Part shown: positions 38,428 through 47,458 of the stretch, one piece after another
How the letters are laid out: each line of letters starts with the position of its first letter
How positions within the stretch are numbered: the stretch's first letter is position 1
Assembly (NCBI GenBank): GCA_963666205.1
Contig: OY762654.1
Span: 2,176,001-2,240,000, forward strand
Length of the DNA: 64,000 nucleotides
Direction of reading: 5' to 3'
Origin: Synergistales bacterium
GTDB taxonomy: Bacteria; Synergistota; Synergistia; Synergistales; JAFGMB01
Program-made: the position numbers and the translations under genes
Notes under the pieces: generated by a model
Seen by the model: the letters and a program-made list of their open reading frames with translations, nothing else
Told to the model about the DNA's origin: nothing
Database searches by the model: none

Positions 38428-39573
38428 ATGGCAAAAAAATTTATCAAGTGGTTTTTCTCAGGATCGAAAGGGAAGGATTATGTTTTTACAATTATCGTTA
38501 TGATTCTGACTGCTTCATTATTTCTTGTACCAACGGGTTTTGAAAACAGACTTCCCGATAATGCGGATCATGTTCTCGCAAAGATTCTTTCTGTTGATAA
38601 TTCTATGGTCCTTCAATTCGGTCTGATAAAGAGTGGTTCCCAGTTCCTGGAGATAAAGATATTGGAGGGGGATTTCAAGGGCAGGGTTGTGAACGGAGAT
38701 AATACCCTCCTGGGGAAAATGGAGCTTGATAAGATTTTTCAGCCAGGTGACAGAGCTCTGGTTGATCTAAGTCTCAATGGAGATAGAATAACCTATGTTC
38801 ATGCTGCTGACCATTACAGGTTGTCCACAGAGTTATTTCTTCTGACAGTCTTTGCCACCCTCCTTCTGATATTTGGTGGCTTTACTGGTCTGAAAGCCCT
38901 TCTCTCCTTTCTTTTTTCAGCATTGGCCATATGGAAATTGCTTATTCCTTCTTTTTTAAGAGGGTGTGATCCCATAGTGGTATCTCTCGGGATTGTAGGG
39001 TTGCTGACTGCTGTGATAATTTTCCTTGTGGCGGGTATGAACAGAAAGGGAATTGTAGCATTTCTTGGTGCTCTCATGGGGCTTGCCCTGACCTGTATGC
39101 TGGCTCTGTATTTCTCTGGTCCTTTCAGATTACATGGTGCAGTAAGGCCATTTTCCGAAACCCTTCTCTATTCCGGTTTTCCCCACCTGAACCTGACAAG
39201 GATCTTTCTGGCCGGAATATTTCTAGCATCATCAGGGGCTGTAATGGATCTGGCTATGGATATCGCATCTGCCCTTCATGAAGTGAAGGTACATAATCCA
39301 GGGATCGATAGAATGAAACTCCTGAAATCCGGTATGGTCGTTGGGAGAATGGTTATTGGCACTATGACTACTACTCTCCTTCTGGCGTATTCCGGGAGCT
39401 ATATCACGATGTTAATGGTCTTCATGGGTCAGGGGATCCCAATGGAAAATATACTTAATCTGAATTATGTAGCTGCAGAGATACTTCATACTATCGTAGG
39501 CAGTTTTGGTCTTGTTACAGTAGCTCCCTTTACGGCAGTTATAGGAGCTTTAATATATACGCATCTTCCATGA
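38428..39573 (+). CDS. YibE/F family membrane protein
   Basis: GAVMDLAMDIAS, G..VIGTMTTTLLLAYSG, E..HTIVGS.GL..PFTA. Confidence 0.85.
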   Translation: MAKKFIKWFFSGSKGKDYVFTIIVMILTASLFLVPTGFENRLPDNADHVLAKILSVDNSMVLQFGLIKSGSQFLEIKILEGDFKGRVVNGDNTLLGKMELDKIFQPGDRALVDLSLNGDRITYVHAADHYRLSTELFLLTVFATLLLIFGGFTGLKALLSFLFSALAIWKLLIPSFLRGCDPIVVSLGIVGLLTAVIIFLVAGMNRKGIVAFLGALMGLALTCMLALYFSGPFRLHGAVRPFSETLLYSGFPHLNLTRIFLAGIFLASSGAVMDLAMDIASALHEVKVHNPGIDRMKLLKSGMVVGRMVIGTMTTTLLLAYSGSYITMLMVFMGQGIPMENILNLNYVAAEILHTIVGSFGLVTVAPFTAVIGALIYTHLP

Positions 39574-39682
39574 AATAATGAGATCAGGAAATCTTTAATG
39601 ATCCACGGGTAGAATATGCAAAGGGTGGGAATCTTTTTCCCACCCTGGAATTCTAATATTTAAAATTTGAATTTACCGATGC

Positions 39683-39937
39683 TTATTCCTCTTCTTCTTC
39701 CTCCCATTCCATATCATCCATTTCTTCTTCGAGAGGGACCATTTTCAAGTCGAGTGCTATTGTATCGGTGTCGTCAAAAAACGTTTTTTCAAGTCTGACC
39801 TTCTCCTTTTCGGTTTGAAAGAACTCTGATATTGCATCCTGAAGCTCCAGGATCTGCTCCTGGGTGAGTGATTTTCGAAAAGCGGAGTCCCTTCCTTTTC
39901 CCTCATATTTGCCAGAATAAGATCTGGTTTTTCCCAT
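39683..39937 (-). CDS. Hypothetical small protein with acidic tail
   Basis: GGAGGGTGG SD, 84 aa, followed by a hairpin at about 39622-39646. Confidence 0.6.
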   Translation of the reverse strand: MGKTRSYSGKYEGKGRDSAFRKSLTQEQILELQDAISEFFQTEKEKVRLEKTFFDDTDTIALDLKMVPLEEEMDDMEWEEEEEE

Positions 39938-40195
39938 GTTAGAACCACCCTCCGAATCAAGAGTTTATTTTGCTTCGAATTATAGGAATTTGAGGGTAAA
40001 AAAACAAGTGGGCAAACATATTTTTGCCAATTTTCCAAAAAAGCTGTAATTCCAGTGACCATAGTGTTTTACAAGATCTTCAACTTTCAGAAAAGATAGT
40101 TCCTGAGAACCATAAAAGAGGTATTTCCAAAGAGGTGTTTTGGGACTATAATCCGTTAGTTTCTAAAATTTCATGCTCCAGGGCAAGGAGGACAA

Positions 40196-40735
40196 ATGGA
40201 AATGGACCCCTTGGGTCTTGCTTTGATTTTCGGTGCTCGAATTCTGGACGTCAGCTGCGGTACTTTCAGGATATTGCTGCTTGTGAGGGGGAAACGGGTT
40301 CAGGCTGCCTTTATGGGATTCTGTGAAGTAAGCATCTACATGCTCGTTCTGGGCTATATTCTTGGTGGAGGCGGTGCCCTTACCCTGCCTCAGCTTATGG
40401 CATACGCAGGCGGATATGCAGCAGGTAATTTTATTGGGGCTTTCCTTGAAGAAAAACTTCTGAATGCTTACGTGATGCTTGAGATAATTGCGGAGAGGAA
40501 CGGCAATACCCTGGATCTTGTCGAGATACTCAGACAGGAAGGATTTGGAGCAACGGTTATCAATGGCAAGGGCAAAAAGGGTATAAGAAATATCATTAAG
40601 GTAGTTTGCCGGAGAAGCGATATTTCGAGAGTCTCAAGGATAATCGGGGATGAGTCCTGTGTCTTCATGTCAGATGTCAAGGCATGCTGGGGAGGTCAGT
40701 TCCCCGTTAACAAGAGTATTACCATGAAAGTCTGA
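40196..40735 (+). CDS. DUF2179/UPF0316 membrane protein
   Basis: IFGARILDVSCGTFR, GFCEV, AYAGGYAAGNFIG, GFGAT. Confidence 0.85.
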   Translation: MEMDPLGLALIFGARILDVSCGTFRILLLVRGKRVQAAFMGFCEVSIYMLVLGYILGGGGALTLPQLMAYAGGYAAGNFIGAFLEEKLLNAYVMLEIIAERNGNTLDLVEILRQEGFGATVINGKGKKGIRNIIKVVCRRSDISRVSRIIGDESCVFMSDVKACWGGQFPVNKSITMKV

Positions 40736-40879
40736 TAAAACCTTTTCCTTCAGAGTCTGGTTAATTTCTCCATGGTTGTAAGTAAAATATAATTGTTCCT
40801 CTGGCACTATTTCAAGATATTATTTAAAAGGGCTTTCCAGATCAGGGAAAGCCCTTTTTTTACGGATAATTTATAAATT

Positions 40880-40908
40880 TTGCAATTCAGTTGCATAAAG
40901 AGTATTAT
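40880..40908 (+). promoter_or_regulatory. Promoter with overlapping putative Zur box
   Basis: TTGCAA-N17-TATTAT; palindrome TGCAA-TTCAG-TTGCA at 40881-40895. Confidence 0.65.
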
Positions 40909-40914
40909 CTGCCT

Positions 40915-41343
40915 ATGGAAATAAGCAGAGTAGTGGCTCTACTAAAGCAGCGAAATATCCATAAAACGGATCAAAGGATGGAAATACTTCGATGCGTAAA
41001 TGAAATGGATACCCCCTTCTCAGCCAGGATCCTTCATGAATACCTTTTGATACCTGAAATAAACAGAACTACCGTTTACCGAACCCTGGCCTGTTTTAAA
41101 GAAAAGGGGCTTGTGCAGATGGTATTTCATTCGGGAAGGACTGAATATTTCTTTTCTGCATGCAAAAAGAAATCTATTCATGGCCATTTCCAATGTGAAA
41201 TATGTGGAAAGTGGTTCTGCATGAAACCATTTTCCCCTGGAGATTTAAGTAGTATTCAGAAAATGGGTGAACCTGGATTTGAGATTCAGGGTATTGATCT
41301 GCTTTTTACAGGATTTTGTCCCGAATGTAAAAGGGAAATATAG
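40915..41343 (+). CDS. zur: Fur family regulator, probably Zur
   Basis: T.QR, TTVYRTL, HGHFQCEICG, G.CPEC; directly upstream of znuACB. Confidence 0.8.
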   Translation: MEISRVVALLKQRNIHKTDQRMEILRCVNEMDTPFSARILHEYLLIPEINRTTVYRTLACFKEKGLVQMVFHSGRTEYFFSACKKKSIHGHFQCEICGKWFCMKPFSPGDLSSIQKMGEPGFEIQGIDLLFTGFCPECKREI

Positions 41344-41364
41344 AAGGGAGCAGGGTTTTATTAA

Positions 41365-42267
41365 ATGAGAAAAATTACAGAAATGATGATTTTAATTTTG
41401 GTATTTTCCATTGTCATGTTTCCCAATCCTTTGTATGCATCCCGGAAACTCCCTGTTGTCGTTTCTATCTTACCTGAAAAATATCTTGTCGAGAGGGTCG
41501 GGGGAGATCTGGTGGATGTAGATGTTCTTATCCAGCCAGGTGGGGATCCTCATCTGTTTGAGCCAAAGCCAAGTCAGATGAAGGTTCTTGCAAGAGCAAA
41601 AATATTTTTTGCTATAGGTCTTCCCTTCGAAGGCTCACTGCTTCCCCGGCTGAAAACTCTGAATCCGGATCTGAATCTGGTTCATGTTGATGAAGGGATA
41701 TTCATATATCCCATGGAAACCCGTTCAGGGATCCATGGTCATGAAAGGTCGGAAAAAGAGACTAATGGTAGTCAACACCTTCCAGGAGATACCCATATAT
41801 GGAATTCTCCAGGGAATGTGAACAGGATAGTACGTAATGTTACCAGTGCTCTTGTCAGGCTTGATCCTTTAAATAGAGATACCTATCTGGACAACTGTTT
41901 TTCTTTCCTATTAGAAGTTGACGAAATTGATTGTTCTTTGAGGGAAATGCTTCTTGAAAAAAGAGGATCAAAATTTCTGGTATTTCACCCTGCCTGGGGA
42001 TATTTTGCCAGGGAATACGGATTGGTCCAGGTTCCGGTGGAGATCGAGGGAAAGGAAGCCAAACCGTCAGATATTCAGGCTCTGATCGAAGTTGCCAGGA
42101 AAGATAAAATTGAGGTAGTGCTGGTTTCTCCACAGTTTTCTGATAAAAGCGCACAGATTCTCGCGAGGGAGATCAATGGCAGAGTGGTAAAGATAGACCC
42201 TTTAGCCGAAAACTGGATAGAGAATATGAAAAAAGCAGGACAGATCATCAGAGAGGCGGCAAAATAG
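41365..42267 (+). CDS. znuA: Zinc ABC transporter substrate-binding protein
   Basis: DPHLFEPKP, DTHIW.SP, FHPAWGYFA; signal peptide. Confidence 0.88.
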   Translation: MRKITEMMILILVFSIVMFPNPLYASRKLPVVVSILPEKYLVERVGGDLVDVDVLIQPGGDPHLFEPKPSQMKVLARAKIFFAIGLPFEGSLLPRLKTLNPDLNLVHVDEGIFIYPMETRSGIHGHERSEKETNGSQHLPGDTHIWNSPGNVNRIVRNVTSALVRLDPLNRDTYLDNCFSFLLEVDEIDCSLREMLLEKRGSKFLVFHPAWGYFAREYGLVQVPVEIEGKEAKPSDIQALIEVARKDKIEVVLVSPQFSDKSAQILAREINGRVVKIDPLAENWIENMKKAGQIIREAAK

Positions 42268-42273
42268 AATAAA

Positions 42274-43050
42274 ATGAAGATGGATATAGTAATTGAGAAT
42301 GTAAGTTTCAGTTATGACAATAAAACTATTCTTGAAGATGTATCCCTTCATATCCCGCCAAAAGAATTTCTGGCAGTCATAGGTCCTAATGGTGGTGGTA
42401 AAACCACCCTGCTCAAACTGATCCTGGGTTTGCTGAAACCTGATAAAGGTGAAATATCAATACTGGGAAAGATTCCAGAGAAGGCTGTACACCGATTGGG
42501 CTATGTACCTCAAGACACCGGCAATCATGTTCAATTTCCCATCACCGTTATGGACACGGTACTGATGGGATGCCTGGGAGAAAAGTATTCTATTTCTCCC
42601 ACAAGGAAACATCGGTTACAGGCAATTAACTCTCTCGAAAAGGTAGGGATCCTTGACCTGAAGGACGAACTGACCGGGACCCTTTCCCAGGGACAGCGGC
42701 AAAGGGTTTTTATTGCCAGAGCACTGACCACTGATCCTGAGATACTACTTCTCGACGAACCCACATCAAGCGTTGACCTGGATACCCAGAAGGTTTTCTA
42801 TGATACCCTTCTGGAACTGAACAGCAGAATGACAATCGTTATCGTAAGCCATGATCTATTTGCTGTAACAAGCCATGCCACCGCGGTGGCATGTGTGAAC
42901 CGGAAGATATGTTATCACAGTGAGGGTGAGATCAAACCAGAGATGCTTGAGCTTGCCTACGGAACCTGTCCTGTAGAACTGATCGCTCACGGAATTCCGC
43001 ACAGGGTTCTTGGTGTTCATGGAGAAGGGGAAGGGCACTCCCATGAGTGA
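42274..43050 (+). CDS. znuC: Metal ABC transporter ATPase
   Basis: GPNGGGKTT, GYVPQ, LSQGQRQR, LLDEPT, SHD. Confidence 0.9.
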   Translation: MKMDIVIENVSFSYDNKTILEDVSLHIPPKEFLAVIGPNGGGKTTLLKLILGLLKPDKGEISILGKIPEKAVHRLGYVPQDTGNHVQFPITVMDTVLMGCLGEKYSISPTRKHRLQAINSLEKVGILDLKDELTGTLSQGQRQRVFIARALTTDPEILLLDEPTSSVDLDTQKVFYDTLLELNSRMTIVIVSHDLFAVTSHATAVACVNRKICYHSEGEIKPEMLELAYGTCPVELIAHGIPHRVLGVHGEGEGHSHE

Positions 43051-43852
43051 GATCCTTCAGTATGAATTCATGCGTAATGCTATTATGGCGGCGGTACTCT
43101 CCAGTCTTATCTGTGGGCTTATAGGTACTCTGATCGTTTTAAAAAGACTTGTTATCCTTGCTGGGGGAATTGCCCATGCTGCTTATGGCGGAGTTGGTCT
43201 TGCAGCCTTTATGGGAATTTCTCTGAGGGCAGGTGCCTTATTTTTTTCACTTTTCCTTTCTCTGATAATGGGCAGGATAATCCTCCAGAAGAAAGCCCGT
43301 GCGGATACCGCCATAGGGGTCATATGGGCGGTCGGAATGGCCATAGGAGTGATCTGTATAGATCTTACTCCAGGATATGGTGTAGATCTTATGAGTTATC
43401 TTTTCGGCAGTATTCTGTCCGTATCGAAAATCGACCTCTCCATGATGGGTACTATTGCAATACTTGGAATTCTGATGTGCTTCAGGTACTACAGGCTTAT
43501 TCTTGTATATATCTATGATGAGGATTTTGCCCGTACAAGGGGTATCAATGTAACACTGATCCATTATCTACTCGTCATTTTTATTTCTGTATCAGTAGTA
43601 CTTATCATAAGAGTGGTAGGCTTGATCCTTGTCATAGCCCTTCTGACCATTCCCCCCTCCATCGCAGAGGGTTACTCCAGATCATTGGCAGGGATGATCT
43701 GTTTATCTTCATTTCTCAGCCTTCTTTTTTCTCTTTGCGGCCTGTGGATTTCATACACCTATGACCTCACTTCGGGTGCTTCCATCATCATGGTGGCAGC
43801 AGCAGGATACCTCTTTTCAGAGATGTTTCACCTTTCATGTCAGCGAAGGTGA
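43043..43852 (+). CDS. znuB: Metal ABC transporter permease
   Basis: GIAHAAYGG, SYLFGSIL, VGLILVIALLTIP. Confidence 0.9.
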   Translation: MSEILQYEFMRNAIMAAVLSSLICGLIGTLIVLKRLVILAGGIAHAAYGGVGLAAFMGISLRAGALFFSLFLSLIMGRIILQKKARADTAIGVIWAVGMAIGVICIDLTPGYGVDLMSYLFGSILSVSKIDLSMMGTIAILGILMCFRYYRLILVYIYDEDFARTRGINVTLIHYLLVIFISVSVVLIIRVVGLILVIALLTIPPSIAEGYSRSLAGMICLSSFLSLLFSLCGLWISYTYDLTSGASIIMVAAAGYLFSEMFHLSCQRR

Positions 43853-43972
43853 AGAATTCTGAGAGAATTGTTATAATATTATCCAATAGACAATATTATC
43901 ACATTAATCTGTTCTCCCTTCATCAGGCCTAGCGCTATTTATCATGATATTGTTGTAATAAACAGGAGGTGA

Positions 43973-44452
43973 ATGATGAGAGACAGGTATTTATCTGAAC
44001 ACAGAAGAAAAGATGTTTATCCTGCCAGCCTGTGGGATTCAAATGTGGACAGGTTATTTCAGGAAATGTCCAGGATGTTCGATGAGTTTTTTGCCCCCAC
44101 TTCCTCCAAATGTATGACAAGAGTTCCGCGAATAGATTTTTATCGGAGAGAGGGGAATGTTATTGCAGAAATAGAGCTGCCTGGAATAGATCCTGAAAAT
44201 GTGGATGTAAAGATATACAGGGATAGGTTGGTTTTAAACGCAGTAAAAAACCAGGAAAGTGATTATGATGAAGATTTTTTCTTATGTTCAGAGAGGTATT
44301 TTGGAAATATCTCCAGAGTAGTACAGTTTCCTGTAGAGGTAGATCCTGATACTGCGAAGGCTTCCTACCGGAAGGGTGTTCTCAGGATAGAAGTTGAAGA
44401 GATGGAGCAGTCTGAACGAGGAAAAACTGTAGATATTGTATTTGAAGACTGA
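43973..44452 (+). CDS. Hsp20/alpha-crystallin small heat-shock protein
   Basis: PRID..ELPGID, ERYFG...R, ASYRKGVLRI. Confidence 0.9.
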   Translation: MMRDRYLSEHRRKDVYPASLWDSNVDRLFQEMSRMFDEFFAPTSSKCMTRVPRIDFYRREGNVIAEIELPGIDPENVDVKIYRDRLVLNAVKNQESDYDEDFFLCSERYFGNISRVVQFPVEVDPDTAKASYRKGVLRIEVEEMEQSERGKTVDIVFED

Positions 44453-44485
44453 CAGGGAGGCGGCCATAAGGCCCACCTCCCTGTT

Positions 44486-45280
44486 TTAATCTCTGCAATC
44501 TGAGTTCCTGTTTTGAAGAGCCCATATCCATTCGTCAAGAAAATCATTAAGTTCTCCTGGTGGAGATAACCATATCTGGGCTGCTGTTTCTCTGTATGTT
44601 CTATTTATAAGTACAGCCAACCCTCTTCCCCAAAGAGCTTTGAATGCCTCTTCATCGCTAAAATCATCTCCGAGATAGCAGGAAGGATGGTATGGGTGGA
44701 AATCAAGGATCCTTTTTACCAGTGAACCTTTGTCGAATCCCCTGGCGACAAGTTCAATCCCATCCTCAAATACGACGGATTTAAGGTTAAACCTTGTATC
44801 GAGTTCCTTCCATGCATCCTCAAGGTTTTGTCTCAGTTCTGCAATTTCCGATTCATCGAGATCTTTCCAGGAAACCTCCAGTGATGCGGATCTGACAGTT
44901 ATTCTGTCGGGAGTTGTGAAATTCTTTGCCTGTTGCATTGCCCTGTGGAGACCTTCAGCCTGATTAAAATCAACATCTGTGGTTTTTATGGTTCCATCTG
45001 TTGTCAACAATTCAACTCCAGAGGCCCCCCAAATTTCAAGAGGTGATCTTAATCCCATGAGATCCTTTGTTTTCAAGGCGGGCATAACGCTTATCACAAT
45101 GACTTCACAACCAAGGGATATCAGTTTGTCGAGCCTTTCGGCAGGAGTCAGCATGGCAAGGTTACGATTTTTATTTATGGCGTAGGGTGTAAGGGGCCCT
45201 TCATAGTTGAATATTAGAATACTTTTTCCGTTTTTGCGTATCTGATCGAAAAAGACACTTGTTATTTCTGGTCTTTCCAC
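44486..45280 (-). CDS. Trehalose-6-phosphate phosphatase-like HAD protein with degenerate motif I
   Basis: FNYEGPLTP in place of DYDGTL, DKG, YLGDDFSDEEAF, ETAA. Confidence 0.75.
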   Translation of the reverse strand: MERPEITSVFFDQIRKNGKSILIFNYEGPLTPYAINKNRNLAMLTPAERLDKLISLGCEVIVISVMPALKTKDLMGLRSPLEIWGASGVELLTTDGTIKTTDVDFNQAEGLHRAMQQAKNFTTPDRITVRSASLEVSWKDLDESEIAELRQNLEDAWKELDTRFNLKSVVFEDGIELVARGFDKGSLVKRILDFHPYHPSCYLGDDFSDEEAFKALWGRGLAVLINRTYRETAAQIWLSPPGELNDFLDEWIWALQNRNSDCRD

Positions 45281-45430
45281 AGATCAAACACCTCCTGCAG
45301 AGGGGATAGGCATTTTGTTTAAGAGGATTGTAGGGAAATATAGCGTAAGAAATATTTATCGATCGTCCAATATAAATTCTTAAATTCTGAATAATTACAA
45401 ACTCCACACCAAGGTTATTATAACTCTAAT

Positions 45431-45470
45431 AAAAGGAGAAAACCTACTTAATACGTGGTTTTCTCCTTTT
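45431..45470. terminator. Terminator after ogt
   Basis: AAAAGGAGAAAACC..GGTTTTCTCCTTTT. Confidence 0.7.
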
Positions 45471-45490
45471 CGATCTATATTATCTGTGTT

Positions 45491-45967
45491 TCAGATGTTT
45501 TTTTTCTCGTGATCAAGAAGCCATTTTTTTCTCCATAACCCGCCTCCATAGCCGGTAAGGCTTCCATCTTTTCCTATGATCCTGTGGCAGGGAATAATTA
45601 TTCCTATAGGGTTGCTATGGTTAGCACCTCCCACAGCTCTTACAGCCCTAGGGTTTCCCGTTGCTTCAGCGATATCTATGTAGGCTGCAGTCTCTCCATA
45701 GGGGATCAGTATCAATTGATCCCAAACGTTTTTCTGAAAAGGGGTTCCCAGTGGTTTCAGGGGCAGATTGAAACTTTTTCTCAGGCCGTTGAAATATTCG
45801 TCCAGCTGGCGGGCACAAAGAAGAATAACTTCAGAGGATGAATGCTTTGTATCTTTTTCTCTTTCTTCTTCAACAAAACTGACCCGGAAAATATGTGTAT
45901 CATCTCCTTTAATTTCGAGGTTTCCTATGGGTGATCTCAAGATCAGTGATGAAAGTTTCTTTTCCAT
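45491..45967 (-). CDS. ogt: Methylated-DNA--protein-cysteine methyltransferase
   Basis: GTPFQ..VW, IPYG, RAVGGA, IPCHRI, LTGYGGG. Confidence 0.93.
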   Translation of the reverse strand: MEKKLSSLILRSPIGNLEIKGDDTHIFRVSFVEEEREKDTKHSSSEVILLCARQLDEYFNGLRKSFNLPLKPLGTPFQKNVWDQLILIPYGETAAYIDIAEATGNPRAVRAVGGANHSNPIGIIIPCHRIIGKDGSLTGYGGGLWRKKWLLDHEKKNI

Positions 45968-46134
45968 CTGAAAACCCGCCCCCTTCTGGATTTTATATGT
46001 ATATATCATTTTATCAAATCTTGAAACACGTCTGGAGAATTTATCTCTGAAGGGTTATCTGATTTCAGAGTATTCATGGAAATGGATTACTGATACCATA
46101 TATTTAACATTCAGGAACAGTTGGGAGGAATCTT

Positions 46135-47304
46135 GTGAAAAATCCATCCATTTATATTGACAGTAACAAACTCCTTGACGATCTTCAGAAGCTGATAAGC
46201 ATTAATTCAGTTAATCCGGATCTTGATCAGGATGGCCCAGGGGAGCGGGAAATCGCCATTTTTATAAAAGATCTTCTTTCCAACACTGGTTTTGAGGTCA
46301 AGCTTCAGGATCTTGGCTGCAACAGAATAAACCTTACGGCTCTGTTAAAGGGAACCGGAGGCGGCCGGACCCTTATGTTGAACGGACATATGGATACAGT
46401 TGATACCAGGGGTATGACCATTGATCCTTTTGATCCTGTTTTTAGTGATGGAAAAGTTTATGGCAGAGGGAGTCTTGATATGAAAGCCGGAATAGCCGCC
46501 ATCCTTTCAGCCTCAGGGGCGGTAGTTAATTCAGGGATAAAACTCAAGGGAGATCTTCTGCTTACTTTTGTAGCGGATGAGGAATACAAGAGTATCGGTA
46601 CTGAAGCAGTGGCAGAAAACTGGCATGCTGATGGCGCTATTATATGTGAACCTACAGATATGAAGCTTGTACTGGCTCATAAGGGTTTCACCTGGGAAAG
46701 GATAGCTTTTCATGGGAAAGCAGCACATGGAAGCAGGCCCGATGAAGGTGTGGATGCCATAATGCATGCGGGTATATTTTTAGCGGCCCTGGATAATTTT
46801 CAAAGGGAGGTACTGAAAAAGAGAAAACATCCTCTTCTGGGTTCTCCTTCAGTACATGCATCCCTCATAGATGGCGGAATAGGCATAAGTACCTATCCTG
46901 ACAGTTGTATCATGGAGTTTGAAAGAAGAACTATTCCGGGCGAAACTCCGGAAACGGTAAGGGAAGAGATCGAATCTCTATTGTTGGAACTGGGAAGAAG
47001 ATACCCGGATTTCTTGGTTGATCATGAACAGTATTTTGTCAGAAATCCCCTGGAAATTGATAAAGGGGACAGGCTGGTAAAGTGCCTGGGAGGATCATGG
47101 AAAAACATCATGGGATTTCCCGTTGAGGTAGGAGGTTTCAGTGGATGGGCCGATTCTGCCATACTTAAAGACAAGGGAATACCCGCCGTCAACTTTGGCC
47201 CGGCAGGAAGGGGCCTTCATGCAGCAGAAGAGTACGTGGAATTCCAATCTGTCATTGATTGCACAAAGGTGCTTACTGATACTATAATTACTTTCTGTTC
47301 ATGA
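46135..47304 (+). CDS. ArgE/DapE family (M20A) deacylase
   Basis: LNGHMDTV, YGRGSLDMKAG, ADEE, CEPT, GKAAHGS, H..EE. Confidence 0.9.
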   Translation: MKNPSIYIDSNKLLDDLQKLISINSVNPDLDQDGPGEREIAIFIKDLLSNTGFEVKLQDLGCNRINLTALLKGTGGGRTLMLNGHMDTVDTRGMTIDPFDPVFSDGKVYGRGSLDMKAGIAAILSASGAVVNSGIKLKGDLLLTFVADEEYKSIGTEAVAENWHADGAIICEPTDMKLVLAHKGFTWERIAFHGKAAHGSRPDEGVDAIMHAGIFLAALDNFQREVLKKRKHPLLGSPSVHASLIDGGIGISTYPDSCIMEFERRTIPGETPETVREEIESLLLELGRRYPDFLVDHEQYFVRNPLEIDKGDRLVKCLGGSWKNIMGFPVEVGGFSGWADSAILKDKGIPAVNFGPAGRGLHAAEEYVEFQSVIDCTKVLTDTIITFCS

Positions 47305-47458
47305 AGTTTTTTAAAATACTATTTACCCGTTCTGGAGGTTCTGGCTATCTAGCCAGAATAAACTTCTCCAGGTCGAATCCCTGATAGAAGCAGTATCTTG
47401 TTCAGTTTTCCTGAGCCTCGAAAATCTGTTAAATATGAAGTACAGGAGGATTAAAATT

